Shown here piece by piece: positions 1 through 12,229 of a DNA stretch of 64,000 nucleotides. The number at the start of each line of letters is the position of its first letter. Position 1 is the first letter of the stretch. The DNA comes from Haliotis rubra (lineage: Eukaryota). The stretch covers positions 5,022,001 to 5,086,000 of the forward strand of contig NW_025767079.1 of NCBI RefSeq assembly GCF_003918875.1, written 5' to 3'. The translations under genes and the position numbers were made by a program. The notes beneath the pieces were generated by a model. The model was not told the DNA's origin, searched no databases, and worked only from the letters and a program-made list of their open reading frames with translations.

Positions 1-194
1 TCGAGTCTTGATCCGACAATCCAATGATTTGTATCATGAGCAACGACCCAAAATTAAAACTTTATTTGTTTCAAAATGAGATAATCCTTTCCTAAAACCT
101 GTATTACTGACCGTCACTGTCTTCACTATGAAGACAAAAGACTCATGGCAGATTAAATATAATATGATGACAGGATAATCGGGTAAGACTAAGT

Positions 195-440
195 TAGTGA
201 GTTAAGTTTTACGCCACACTCAGCAACATTTCAGCTATATGGCGGCGGTCTGTAAATAATCCAGCCTGGGCCAGACAATTCAGTGATCAACAGCATGACC
301 ATCGATCTACGCAGCTGGGATGCGATGGCATCTGTCAACCAAGTCAACGAGCCTGATCATAACCACCCGATCCCGTTAGTCGCCTCTTACAATAAGCACG
401 GGTTACTGAAGACCGAATTCTAACCCGGCCCTTCACGGGT
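195..440 (-). mobile_element. SINE family A (non-tRNA structured head), near full length
   Basis: Same ~245-bp sequence recurs at 1128-1360, 3437-3650, 31837-31955, 32216-32440, 48485-48620, 51262-51500 and 52228-52475; tail GCGTAAAACTTAACTCACT. Confidence 0.85.
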
Positions 441-1127
441 GGTAAGACTAGGCTTAGTCTGTGAATGTATGTGATTGTGACAGAAACTAACAACAAAAGG
501 AGGCCTAAGGGTATCCTGAACCCGAGTGAAATCTAGTCTTGCTTATTTAGGGATTTCATATCGCAGAAAGGGGCAGGCGGAGGAGAAGACAATGTGGTTC
601 ACTGACTGTAGGACTAGAATTGGGCGTTCTTTATTTTCGTTTGAGAAGTGTACGTCAGTCTGATCTGGGAACACATTTGACACATAAATGCATTCTCTCC
701 ACACTATAAGTGATCGTTTAACATGAGTCAACCCAGACGCCATGATTCTGTCACAGCTGATCAACCAGCGGCAGTGATTTCAGCTCAAGGGAGCCACAAG
801 TCAGACACATACAAGTTTATAGTTTAGCGGAAGGGGTTCGTGTCTGTATACACGGGGACGAGTCCGTATTCCGCCACAAGAACCGAAACCGTATGTAGTT
901 GTTCCCGTTCAAATTATTAGAGGTGGTACTGCCCATCGCGAAACTAGTTACTGTGTCCGCTTCGTTTCCTATATAACGCAACCACATGGATCTTAAACAA
1001 CTGTTTGCAAGAAAACTACACATCGCGGAATGGATATGTCTCAGGGTACGTTTCTGTATAGTCTGTTTGGGTCAACATTCATTTCATGTGTTTTGATTTT
1101 TCCATGGGAGGTTTAAGAGGGTAAAGT

Positions 1128-1360
1128 GAGTGATTGAGCTTAGTTTTACGCCGCACTCAGCAATTTTCCAGCTATATGGCGACGGTCTGTAAATAATCGA
1201 ATCTGGACAAGACAATCTAGTGATCAACAGCATGAACATCGATGTGCGCAATTGGGAACCGATGAAATGTGTCAACCAAGTCAGCGAGCCTGACCACCCG
1301 ATCCCGTTAGTCGCCTTTTGTGGCAAGCATGTGTTGCTGGAGACCCATTCTACCCCGGAA
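1128..1360 (-). mobile_element. SINE family A copy
   Basis: Aligns by eye to 195-440. Confidence 0.8.
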
Positions 1361-1749
1361 TGTTCTGTCTCCACGTGTTTTTGCAAAATGCGTAAGGAAT
1401 GGAATTTATTTTGCTAAAGCGTCTTCTAACGGCATGTCTTACTAACTCTTTCTGAAAATAGTCAAGTTTGTCCGCTTTCAAAAGTGGAGATTTTGAATTT
1501 CATTGTCTAATGTACCGTGTCAATAAATCGATTGGCTGTGTTTGATGTGACGTCACATTTGCACTGATTTACCCCCGTAAACCTCCCACGGAAATTCAAA
1601 ACAAAATGATGTAAATTTGTTAAGTAACTTTTGGAGACAATCGTTATGAATCTTTTTTCTAGGGTTATTCTGATGTTTTCATTACATTCTGCGTTGAAAT
1701 GAATATTTGATCATGACCCGATTTGGAGTTAGACTGATATTCATCCGTA

Positions 1750-1912
1750 TCATTTTGGCTAGGGTGTGTTTCTGTATTCTGTTTTTGGCTAGAGTGCTTT
1801 TCTGTAGTCTATTTTTGTCAGGGTACGTTTCTATATTCTGTTTTTCGCTAGGGTACGTTTCTGTACTCTTTTTCTGGCTAGAGGACAGGCTGTACTTTTC
1901 TGTAGTGCCCGT
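1750..1912. repeat. ~30-bp tandem repeat (TTTTGGCTAGGGTACGTTTCTGTATTCTGT-like), likely subterminal repeats of a DNA element
   Basis: About 5 degenerate copies; a related unit occurs near 1043-1070. Confidence 0.65.
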
Positions 1913-2621
1913 GGCGACAACGACCATATTTTAGTCTAATTTGACTCCCCGTTACGCTGGTATCTATGGTAACTGCTATTAAATGACTGTAACAACCCTA
2001 ATAAAAACATACAACATGGGTTGTGGTCCAGTGAAGTTGAGGTGTGAGCCCACCTGTGACCGGGTGTAAAAACCTTGGGGTCACCTTTGTGTGCAGTGTG
2101 CTTCGTGAATAACAAAGTTCAAGGTCGGATCGAATTGCCCATATACTGAGTGACAATGATGTTTTCATTTTAAACCCCCAATTACAGCCTTTCGGCAGAC
2201 TGCTTGTGTGTTCCCAGTCCCAAACATAACACTATTCGTCGTGGACACAGATTATGGTTATGGGGATTGCCGATGCTTGTCAGACATATGTGTCAAACTA
2301 ATGTGGCTAGCTAAGCAGACTTTTAGTCGTTCATCTGCCTTTATAAACAGTCAGGATAAGCAAGCGTGAGGGAGCCGGTACACAACGGGAAGAGACCGAA
2401 CATGCCAGAAGAAAGGCAAGCCCGGGAAAAGGAGGGAGGGACACAACAGCCAATCCATTCAATCAGCGGCCAAAGTGTCGGCCTCACCTTTCCCTTGGTC
2501 GTCCATGTCGGACTCTGTGTAAACTGATTGCGCTGCCTCACATAGTTGTACAGCGAGAAAAGAAATGCCCATTTATTCTACTCCACAACGACATCGTGTG
2601 ATTTAAATAGTACCAAGTATA

Positions 2622-2942
2622 TACTGACACACAATAAAAACGCAAAACCAATTTCAAATTTGGAAAAAATAATAAACAACATGATTTGGCTGCAAGTTTT
2701 AAAATACAATTATGTTCAGAATTTCATTGTGTTTCCATTGCATGAAAAATGCAAAAGATCAAAGAAATCAGCCAGAGTTGTATTTTCATGAATTGTCCCT
2801 ATGCCAGGAACACGAAATGGGTTTTAACCCAAATGTGCATATGAATTTCTTGGGCAAACTTAAGTGTGATAAGTGAATTTGTTTCATGATACTTTTTGGA
2901 AAATGACCAAAATGGGTTTTGCGTTTTCAAAGTGTGTCAGTA
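2622..2942. mobile_element. Tc1/mariner-type MITE
   Basis: TIRs TACTGACACAC..AAAACGCAAAACC / GGTTTTGCGTTTT..GTGTGTCAGTA flanked by TA. Confidence 0.8.
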
Positions 2943-2966
2943 TATAACACAGAGACTTTATTTACA

Positions 2967-3137
2967 CTGACTGACTGACTGAGTTTAGTTTTACGCCGCT
3001 TTTAGCAATATTCCAGCAATATCACGGCGGGGGACACCAGAAATGGGCTTCACACGTTGTACCCATGTGGGGATTCGAACCCGGGTCTTCGGCGTGACGA
3101 GCCAACGCTTTAACCACTAGGCTACCCCGCCGCCCCC
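2967..3137 (-). mobile_element. SINE family B (tRNA-Asp-like head), full length
   Basis: A box TAGCCTAGTGGTT and B box GGTTCGAATCC on the - strand; 11-bp TSD CTTTATTTACA on both sides. Confidence 0.9.
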
Positions 3138-3436
3138 CTTTATTTACAGGGCAATGGAAGGTGTGACCGAGACGGAATGTTCTTCAGGTCTCTACACAAC
3201 ACCGACCGCTTCGTTTTTACAAGTACAAGCAAACAGAAGAAAGGCAAGATTTATGCTTGCTCTTTCACCTGGTTCTTTTCTTATGCATTATACTTCTAAG
3301 CACCCTTCAAAGATTTACAAGCAAACGCTTTCGTGTGTCATGATTTACATAAACAGAAGTAGTGGAAGACATTAGAATGTTAATGTTGCATTCTGACTGG
3401 GCACGCAACGAACAAACTACAGCTTCATTGTAGAAT

Positions 3437-3650
3437 AGGTCTATGCTTGTAAGAGGCGACTAACGTGATCCGGTGGTCAGGCTCGCTGACTTGGTTGACA
3501 CATGTCATCGGTTCCCAATTGCGCAGATCGATGTTCATGCTGTTGTTCACTGGATTGTCTGGTCCAGACTCAATTATTTACAGACCGCCGCCATATAGCT
3601 GGGATATTGCTGAGTGCGGCGTTAAACTGAACTCACTCACTCACTCATTC
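3437..3650 (+). mobile_element. SINE family A copy (5' truncated)
   Basis: GTAAGAGGCGACTAAC...GCGGCGTTAAACTGAACTCACTCACTCAC. Confidence 0.8.
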
Positions 3651-3939
3651 ATTGGACTTGACATAAATACATTGACTTGTCAATTTGTTGACATGCATGC
3701 TTACCTAATGACTTCGGGACCCAATCAGACATGCCTGACAAAAGACGGGCTGGTCAAACTGTGAGCCATACTTTTCCAGCAATACTTTAATTACGTAACG
3801 CCAATGGGCCACCGTACGAGATGGTCGCACTGACGGCAATGGTGTAATTTTCAACTGCTTTATGTAAATAGGTTACTAGCCTTGCCCCAAGGCTGCACTG
3901 AATGCTAAGCTCATGGGTGTGTATAAGTCTATCATTTAA

Positions 3940-4351
3940 AGGGTATAGCACCTCTGCGGCACTTCACGCTGTGGCCTATCAGATTTTAATTGATCTACAT
4001 GAAATTTCCCGCTGTGACCTCTGATCGTTTTGTGGTTCCATTTACACCTCGTTAGTTGAAACTGGTTACCTGTCCCTCTGGCGGGGACACCTCACTGTGC
4101 CGCGGCTTTTGTTTAGGTTACTAGTGTACTGAACCATTGGAAACAGACACACAATGGAGGGATTAGTTACAGACTGTTCTAAAAAACGACATAAACAATT
4201 CATGATGGTAAGTATTTTTTGTTGAGGTTTGCTTATAAATGCATTATTGTACATAATGTACATTCAGTGTTGTACATAATACGTGGCCTCCACTCAATTT
4301 CCCTGTGGCCTATGAAATCATAGACAAGTGCCACAAAGGGAAGTTACCCCT
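3940..4351. mobile_element. Non-autonomous DNA transposon with TTAA target site (Kolobok-like)
   Basis: TTAA|AGGGTA ... TACCCCT|TTAA imperfect inverted ends. Confidence 0.5.
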
Positions 4352-6054
4352 TTAAAGAGGCCAAATGTAGAGATAACATCATTATCAGGTAATATGATAC
4401 ACCAGGCCTTATCACCCATACTGCATATCCTGATCATGTTGAACACCACTGCTTGTCACCGTCCATTAAACCATGTGGTCATCCTCATGGGTCTATGAAC
4501 ACGTGGACACTGTTTCTTCAAAGGGGAATTTAGGGTAGGGTAGGGGTAATCCTTGTTTGTTTTCAGCAACCTGATACATTCTGTCTCTAGTTCCACATTG
4601 ACAAGAATCTCTGGAAGGTGGGAGTTGTCATACCTATTAAAGGATAACGCTTTTACTGCTGCTGAGAGATCCTAAAAGATAGGGACTTTTCTAACATTTG
4701 GCCTAGGGCTAGCTAGACAAGGGGTGCAAACCGGCTTCGCCTCAATTTCCTGCTAAGTTTTTCCCACATCGCCTGATGAGCAGACATATGAGAACGCCTA
4801 ATATTCATAATCACTGAACCGTGGAGTCTCACTGGAACAGGCTAAGTTCCCAAGTGTCACTTCTCCCAGCACTCCATTATTTCTTAGAACAACATGAATT
4901 AAACTAAATATGTTAAGTAGCTTTATGTGACTTTGAGATGAATTTAGAGGAGGATATGTGGAAATATATAAGTATACGGTCTTGCTAATATCGTCAAGGA
5001 TGTGTAGAAAGAATTATTGCTTGTAAGAACAATGCTTTGACTAAATTTAATTCCAAATGGAAACCTGACATGTCCATCGTTTGATGAGCGCTTCACTGTA
5101 TATACTTTGAAAAACAATGATATGATATATGTATCTACACCTGCTGAAGTGAAATGAATAAAAAGAATGTGAAAAAAGTAAACAGGTTGTTTACCATTCA
5201 TTTATTTATCCCAGCACTCCATTAATTCTTAGATCAACATAATTTAGCTAAAGAAGTTCAGTAGCTTTATGTGACTTTGACTTATGGAGGAAGATTCAGA
5301 TTACTGGACTATCATCACGCTACAAGAAGGACGCCTACTTCAGGCAACTGGCCCTTGGAGCAAAGACCCTCCCACTTGCACCCCTCAATCAAATAGACAA
5401 TACATGTATTTGGACAGTCGCTATTGCCGAAGCACTCATGGATGAGACGTGTACGAATTGTATGGACTATATAACTTTGACATGGGTGGATGAGGGCCTG
5501 TGGGATAAGCTTGAATGGAGTATGACATGTGTTAATGACTGAAACGGTGTGTTGTATAACTCATCTATTATTGTGATTGAGTGGGGCATGTGTTAATGAT
5601 ATGTTAATGATGAGTATAAAGTATTAAATATATATAAAAAAGGTCAGTTGCATTTTGTCATTCTTTGAACACCCCTCTGATCACTACATGTGGATTCTCC
5701 CATTCCCACTTCGCCTACTCCTTAGTAATCATCCAGGCGTTACATACCCACATTGCCTAAAAGATTTTCCGTACCTGATGGGTTAGCATTAGGCGAAGTG
5801 GGAGGACACCAGTCAAGACAAGCAAACAGTGTAAAGACGCCAGTCTGCTAGAGGGACAGTGTGTTAATTATATTTACGTTCTTTAGAAATCATCATTTGA
5901 ACAATTAGTTATTATTAATAATAAGGGATTTGTGCAATTCTTATAAGTTATGTAAATCTGTATCCACAGAATGTAAACTATGCACGAAAACGTAGCTATA
6001 TGACAAAAGAGTAATCGTGCCTGCCCAAACACGTGGTCGATGTCATACATATTT

Positions 6055-6190
6055 TTAAAGCGTTCGCTCGTCACGTTGAAGTCCTGGGTTAGATTCCTGG
6101 GTATAAAGTGTGAAGCACATTTCCGGTGTCCCCTGCTGTGATATTGCTGGAACATTGCTACAAGCGGCGTAAAACCAAACTCACTCATTC
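6055..6190 (+). mobile_element. SINE family B copy (diverged)
   Basis: AAAGCGTTCGCTCGTCACG...GCGGCGTAAAACCAAACTCACTCA. Confidence 0.75.
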
Positions 6191-6630
6191 CTTTGTCGCC
6201 ATAATGATCTATATTTCTGTCGCTGTACATGACGATACATTTATTAGGAAAAACTGAATATTAATTTTGCGTATAATTTTTTTCTATGCACTTATCCGAT
6301 GTAAAATATATAACAACCGATTTTATGTTTCAGTAACAAGGTAAACGGATTTCAAGATTTCCAGAACTGCAAACTTTACTCAAAGTCACATAAAAGTAAA
6401 GCAGCTACTTGAGAAGACATCAAGGTGAATCGACCATATCCACCAAATCTACCTTGAACCTCTCAGCACGTGACCGGAAGATTGTCTCACATCGTCACTT
6501 CCCATGTTTTGACTACTCGTCTGCTTGTATCTGCTGAGGGCTAAGACGTGTATTGTCTCACGACGTCACTTCCTGTGTGTTGACTATTGTTCTTCTTGTA
6601 TCTACTGAGGGCTTAGGCGTGTATTGGAAA

Positions 6631-6948
6631 CCAAAAAACAATAACAATAACCATTTATTACACTACAACTATATTTAATTCCAAATCTCTGTTACTCTTT
6701 ACCTATTTAATATTTTTTACCATTTTAATTCGGCCTCCCATTCAAATTTCCCTTAATACTCAGTAGTTGTTTTGTTGGGAGGGGGTTTGGAGGGTTGTTT
6801 TTTATGCTTTTTTAATTATTATTTTTTGTAGTAACACCACTCTTTCAAAAATTTCTATTTTTAGTTCCCCCTCATTTCTTATTAAGCGTACTACCCCGTC
6901 GCCGAAATACCTTAGTTGTGCGTGCGACGTTAAAGCAAATAACAACAA
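6631..6948 (+). mobile_element. 5'-truncated non-LTR retroelement 3' end
   Basis: 13-bp TSD CGTGTATTGGAAA (6618-6630 and 6949-6961); tail GCGACGTTAAAGCAAATAACAACAA. Confidence 0.8.
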
Positions 6949-6960
6949 CGTGTATTGGAA

Positions 6961-8661
6961 ATGTACAGGCCAAACGCAGCTACGTGCGAGGTGTGCGGGA
7001 GACGAATGGCCACTGCATTTGCGATGAAGGCTCACCTGAGGATACATACGGGTGAAAGACCCTTCCAGTGCACCCAGTGTGACAAGACATACCTTTCAAA
7101 CGACGCACTAGGCCATCACAAACGGTCAAAACACAAGAAAGCCAACACACAAGGTTATCAACTCAAAGTGTGTCTTTCAAATATCAAGCGGGACGATTTA
7201 AATAAACAAAATAAACATCCAGATAATACGTGGTGCAATAAAGGAAAACAACAACACAAAACTACAAAGGCGGATAGTGAAAAATGGGAGCTCATTGGTG
7301 ATGAGAAGCATGGGACAAGCGAGATAACTCAGTCCGTGTTCGTGATGGACGACCATGTCTTCCCTACTTTCAAAGACACTGAAAAGACTCTGGAATTCGA
7401 ACATTCGGAAGTGAATCGTAGACACGGTGATGAACAGATAAATTTGAATTTTTTGTCTGATAACGTTCCACAACCGTCAGTCGACGTTACCTGTAAGAAT
7501 AACACAGGTCGTCATTTTGAGTTTGAGTCTCGGGATCTGAACACACAACGTTGTAGCAATGACAACGAAGAAGCTATAGTTGGTTCCGCTACGTGCGAGG
7601 TGTGCGGGAGACGAATGGCCACTGCATTTGCGCTGAAGGCTCACCTGAGGATACATACGGGTGAAAGACCCTTCCAGTGCACCCAGTGTGACAAGACATA
7701 CCTTTCAAACGACGCACTAGGCCATCACAAACGGTCAAAACACAAGAAAGCCAACACACAAGGTTATCAACTCAAAGTGTGTCTTTCAAATATCAAGCGG
7801 GACGATTTGAATAAACAAAGTAAACATCTATATAATACGTGGTGCAATAAAGGAAAACAACAACACAAAACTACAAAGGCGGATAGTGAAAAATGGGAGC
7901 TCATTGGTGATGAGAAGCATGGGACAAGCGAGATAACTCAGTCCGTGTTCATGATGGACGACCATGTCGTCCCTACTTTCAAAGACACTGAAAAGACTCT
8001 GGAATTCGAACATTCGGAAGTGAATCGTAGACACGGTGATGAACAGATAAATTTGAATTTTGTGTCTGATAACGTCCCACAACCGTCAGACGACGTTACC
8101 TGTAAGAATAACACAGGTCGTCATTTTGAGTTTGAGTCTCGGGATCTGAACACACAACGTTGTAGCAATGACAACGAAGAAGCTATAGTTGGTTCCGCTT
8201 GGGAATGTAACCGCGGTTCTGATAATGTACCGGAACAGGGTGTTGGTATGCACAAAAACTCAAAGCAGACACTGCAAAATGGAAAGCAAATTCTTAAAAA
8301 GCCTTACAAGTCTAATTCATGTCAAGGGTCATTTGCGATTAAAAAGGGGTTCGAGAAGCACATAATGGCATCAGACTATGAAACAGGAGGTAAGAAACGG
8401 GCGTTTGAATGCGTTGTCTGTGATAAGGTATATGTCAGAAGGTGTACCTTAACCAGACACATGAGAACTCATACCGCGGAGAAGCCTTCCCAGTGTGATG
8501 TGTGTGAAATGAGGTTCTATCGGAGAGACTACATGCTGAATCATATGAAAAGGGTTCATAAGCATGGTAACGATGGCAACGCGGTCCTTTCGGCACACAA
8601 GTTCAAAGTCACCAAGATCTCCCCGATCCAATTCGAAGAAAAAATAATAACCGGTGACTGA
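6961..8661 (+). CDS. C2H2 zinc-finger protein (6 clear fingers in three pairs) with an internal 203-aa tandem duplication; 5' end uncertain
   Basis: CEVCGRRM..LKAHLRIHTGERPFQCTQCDKTY..HHKRSKH twice; CVVCDKVY..LTRHMRTHTAEKPSQCDVCEMRF..HMKRVH; open frame of 568 aa. Confidence 0.85.
   Translation: MYRPNAATCEVCGRRMATAFAMKAHLRIHTGERPFQCTQCDKTYLSNDALGHHKRSKHKKANTQGYQLKVCLSNIKRDDLNKQNKHPDNTWCNKGKQQHKTTKADSEKWELIGDEKHGTSEITQSVFVMDDHVFPTFKDTEKTLEFEHSEVNRRHGDEQINLNFLSDNVPQPSVDVTCKNNTGRHFEFESRDLNTQRCSNDNEEAIVGSATCEVCGRRMATAFALKAHLRIHTGERPFQCTQCDKTYLSNDALGHHKRSKHKKANTQGYQLKVCLSNIKRDDLNKQSKHLYNTWCNKGKQQHKTTKADSEKWELIGDEKHGTSEITQSVFMMDDHVVPTFKDTEKTLEFEHSEVNRRHGDEQINLNFVSDNVPQPSDDVTCKNNTGRHFEFESRDLNTQRCSNDNEEAIVGSAWECNRGSDNVPEQGVGMHKNSKQTLQNGKQILKKPYKSNSCQGSFAIKKGFEKHIMASDYETGGKKRAFECVVCDKVYVRRCTLTRHMRTHTAEKPSQCDVCEMRFYRRDYMLNHMKRVHKHGNDGNAVLSAHKFKVTKISPIQFEEKIITGD
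6979..8196 (+). repeat. 609-bp near-identical direct tandem duplication inside the zinc-finger ORF
   Basis: GCTACGTGCGAGGTG at 6979 and 7588; GCT microhomology at the junctions. Confidence 0.95.
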
Positions 8662-8704
8662 CGTTGACTGAAGGACAAACTGAAATCTGTAGGGCCACTA
8701 GAAA

Positions 8705-9200
8705 TACTTCCTGGCAACAAACCCAGATTCTACACACCAACATCAACCACTGGAAGAAGCGGAAACTTCAAGAAAGCATCGAGATGCAGAGAAAGAAGCC
8801 AGCCATTAACCGGGACCAAGCCATTTACCTTCCCAGTGTATACTCTGTTGTCCTATCATCTCTTGGCTTAATCCGTTCATTGTTATCTTTGTACATTAAT
8901 CCTATCCAATTGGTTTCCTATTATGTTGGTATTCTACATCACTCCACCCCCACTTTTGGATTTGTGTACACAATACATTGTTTTCTTTATGCATTAATCC
9001 AATCGTATTGGCTTCTCAGTCTTATTGACTTCCTATTTGTGTTGTTGGCTATGTAATTATATTGTTATCTTTGTACATTCTCCCTCCTTGCATTGTGTAC
9101 ACATGTTTTATCTATGTATATTAGCTCTGAAACGTCGTGTAAAGTTTAAAAAGAAGTTGTAAAAATGGCATGTATTCATGCTCGTGCAGCTTCTAAATGC
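8705..9200 (+). mobile_element. Penelope-like element 3' fragment (GIY-YIG C-terminal tail)
   Basis: WQQTQILH..HWKKRKLQESIEM..AINRDQAIYLPSVY resembles the PLE ending R-K-x-x-E-x-I-E..N-R-D; remnant CTGAAACGTCG downstream. Confidence 0.65.
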
Positions 9201-9614
9201 ATTTCAAAAACTAGAAATAGGTGAGTTCTTCAACATACTTGGCGAATAAAAGAATTATATATCAAAATGATCTCCGAGATGTGCTTGTTAGGAATCAATA
9301 CTTCTTGCAAAAATAGTTCCACATTAATGATTCACAGCTCTTGAAGGAAGGGTACCTCCTGACCGGATTCTGATTGCATGGCCCTGACCGTGGCAAGTTG
9401 GTAACAGCCTTTTATGGTGCTTGTGCCAAGAATGTTGTAGAAACATTAGAAATGTTTTCATAATTAGTCAATATTTGTTAAAATTCAAATTTCTTTGACT
9501 TAAAAAATTCACCAATTAAACGTTTTGCAGGGTGTTGATCATTACACGACCAATCATGTAAATGACAAATTTAAAAAGAGTATTGTCAAAGAAACATTAA
9601 TATTTGTGATTACA

Positions 9615-9790
9615 CAATGACATTTAGAAAGTGGTCAAATGTAACATATGTTATACTTGGGATACACTTTCTCAGTAAAGTGCAGATTCTAGTACTTGGG
9701 TTGAGTTTCATCGGGAATTCGAACCCCCTGGAGTCAGGCACCTAATCGCCAGCAAACGAAGTCAGCGACCCAACCAGCTCAGCCACCTAT
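9615..9790 (-). mobile_element. tRNA-derived SINE family E
   Basis: B box GGTTCGAATTCC on the - strand; body shared with 23740-23805, 29500-29625 and 40683-40890. Confidence 0.65.
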
Positions 9791-10259
9791 GCAACTGATT
9801 AATTAATTACTTAAATGTAATTGATATACATGATGCAAATACATTTTATGTATCCATCACACGAAACTATCCAATCTGAATGGCAACTGGCCCAAATATC
9901 TGTCAGTTTCAGCTTTCTGGCGACAGATTTGATCAGACAAAAGATATGATGTGAAACAGTATTTACAGTTTTGAAATATCTACAGAATGGAAATTACGAG
10001 TCATTAATACACACAATGCTGATGACTTGAATGTTAGAGTTTATTTCCAGTAAAAGGCCAAATGCCCAACATACATTAACAAAAATACAGTGTCTTCAGG
10101 GGCACAATGATCTTTCAGGAGTGTTTATAACAATCCTTTCATCATTAAATAGACATAAAGCAACATATTTTACAAGTTACATTTCCGTTAGTATTCTCTG
10201 GAAGATAACCCCAAAAATATAAAGTGTAAGGCTTTTAAAGAAATGTTGTAATATACCTC

Positions 10260-10730
10260 TCTAAGAGTTGTGAATGGGATTCACAAAGGAACAATACACG
10301 GAATTCCTCTTCAATATAGGTTAGACCTTTAGTTACATGATGTACCGAATCTTTGATTATAGTTAGTGTTGATATAACACCCAGTTCTTACAGCTATCTT
10401 AAAATTACTACACCTAAATTGTGCTAAAGCAGCTCTAAAATTGGCAGAAAGGTTAAACGGTAAATAACATTCAACATTAATATTGACTTTAAATACCGAT
10501 AATAGTTGCATTTGGAGGAATTACTCAAGGAAGTTACAAGACTGTTTCAAATTATCTTATAATCTTTGTTTGAATAAACTTATAAACATGTTACAGTAGT
10601 AACACATTTAAAACCAAAAATCTAAAAGAAATCTCTTAATTTTTTATGCCCATGTTGTTTAACTGCTATCATCTAATGAGAGGGTAATCTGTCATGGGTA
10701 AGTTGTATTACTCTACACCAATACATGGAT
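10260..10730 (-). mobile_element. Degenerate LINE 3' region, interrupted by the Tc1 element
   Basis: RAALAQFRCSNFKIAVRTG resembles the LINE C-terminal motif (F-R-x-S-x-H-x-L-x-I-E-x-G-R); RT remnant continues at 12230-12620. Confidence 0.55.
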
Positions 10731-10734
10731 CATA

Positions 10735-12185
10735 TACTAGGCACATAAAGAAACTGCATTGTCAAAATATTATCCCAGTTGATAAGTACGATAACAATGT
10801 CAAAGGTACATATAAACTTTAATGGAGGGATCATGAGACCATAACAAGTCGCGAGAATTTCAATTGAAAAGTCAATCACAATGACGTCACGAGTCCACAA
10901 GCCGGACAGGGGTCAGCAACCATGTCACAAGCTCAATAACGGGTATGTCCACCATCGGCATTGAGAACAGCAATCCATCGACGACGCATAGAGCCTATCA
11001 AACGTGCAAGGAAGGCTTGTGGGATGTCACGCCAGATTCTCTCAAGTTCTGTTGCAAGGTCAAGGACGTTATCTGGTGGATGAGGAAGACGGCGTAGACG
11101 TCGATCCAACTCGACCCAAACATGCTCTTTCGGGAAGAGATCCGGTGAATTTGCAGGCCAAGGTAGTAAATCAACGTTGTGGTGTTGCAAGAAATCCATA
11201 GCAACCCTTTCCGTATGAGGGCGGGCATTGTCCTGTTGGAAGGTTAACCAAGGGCCATGATGTTGCAGAAAAGGAATTCCCACAGGTCGAAAGATCTGAT
11301 CCCTGTAGCCCACACCAGTTAAGTTGCCCTGAACAATCACCACAGAAGTTCTTTGGCGTGCTGTTATTCCATCTCAAATCATCGCGGAACCACCACAAAA
11401 GCGATTCCTTTCCAAGACACGGGCCTGTGCATAACGTTCTCCCACGCGCCTATAGGCACGTTGACGTCAATCACTATGGGAAATGTTAAACCTGGACTCA
11501 TCTGTAAAAACATCATTTCTCCACCAAAACAAGGGTCTGCGGACATGATTTCGGCACCACACACGTTGTGTCAGGATAGGCCGTATGGCGGGACGTCGTG
11601 GTCTGATCCCGTGATGACGTAAACGTTGTCGAACTATGTTGGGGTGGATACGGCGAGGTCCTGGGATGGTTCGGCCAGTCATCACTGCAGTCTGACACCT
11701 GTGGTAAAGATGGATCACCCTTATCCATCTGTCCTGTCTTGGCGTTGTTACACGTGGACGTCCAGAATGTGGCAGATCGATGACGTCATTTGTGTTCTGG
11801 TAGCGTTTCACCAGTGCAGAAATGGTGTTCCGGTGGCAGTGGAAATGTGCAGCCACTTGTCGTTGAGACATTCCCCCACGAACCATCCCAATGGCCTCAT
11901 GACGTTGTGCAGACGTGAGCCTTGGCATGCTATGCAGTTGAACGATCGCAAGGGCAGGGGTTGAGCTTTCCAAATCATTTGCTCTGTTTCTCTTTCCCGG
12001 AATGCACGTGCAACAACGTATTACACGTCTCAAGGACGAACCCATTGACGTCACGGAACGTAGCACGTGCATGCATGTTACATACATGTCACTAATCTCT
12101 GAGTTTGAATCCTTATGTATCTACACAGGTTTGATAAATTTCTATTTTAATTTTTTGTATGCACAGTTTCTTTATGTGCCTAGTA
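10735..12185 (-). mobile_element. Tc1/mariner DNA transposon, full length
   Basis: TIRs TACTAGGCACATAAAGAAACTG / CAGTTTCTTTATGTGCCTAGTA; TA TSD; transposase inside. Confidence 0.95.
10933..11928 (-). pseudogene. Tc1-family DD34E transposase, disrupted (in-frame stop and frameshift)
   Basis: MPRLTSAQRHEAIGMV, SGRPRVTT, VFTDESRF, FQQDNARPH, WPANSPDLFPKEHVW, GGHTRY split across ORFs. Confidence 0.92.
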
Positions 12186-12229
12186 TATAATCATGTTGCA
12201 GGGACAATATGCCACATTCACCCAGGGGC

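Noticed and set aside
543-1023. Short ORFs at 543-764 and 817-1023, and most other ORFs under 130 aa in the track
   Set aside because: No recognisable motifs; most overlap repeats or lie antisense to real CDSs.
1988-2186. Solo LTR (TGTAA...TTACA)
   Set aside because: No matching TSD and no second copy in the window.
2967-3137. tRNA-Asp gene (also other family B copies)
   Set aside because: The tRNA-like head runs into a SINE body and tail with TSDs, and there is no proper acceptor stem.
4770-4800. Hammerhead ribozyme core (CTGATGAG)
   Set aside because: No GAAA after a stem II and no supporting stems.
5284-5400. Sushi/CCP-like fragment (GPWSKDPPTC)
   Set aside because: Only a short motif, with no upstream cysteines or clear splice sites.
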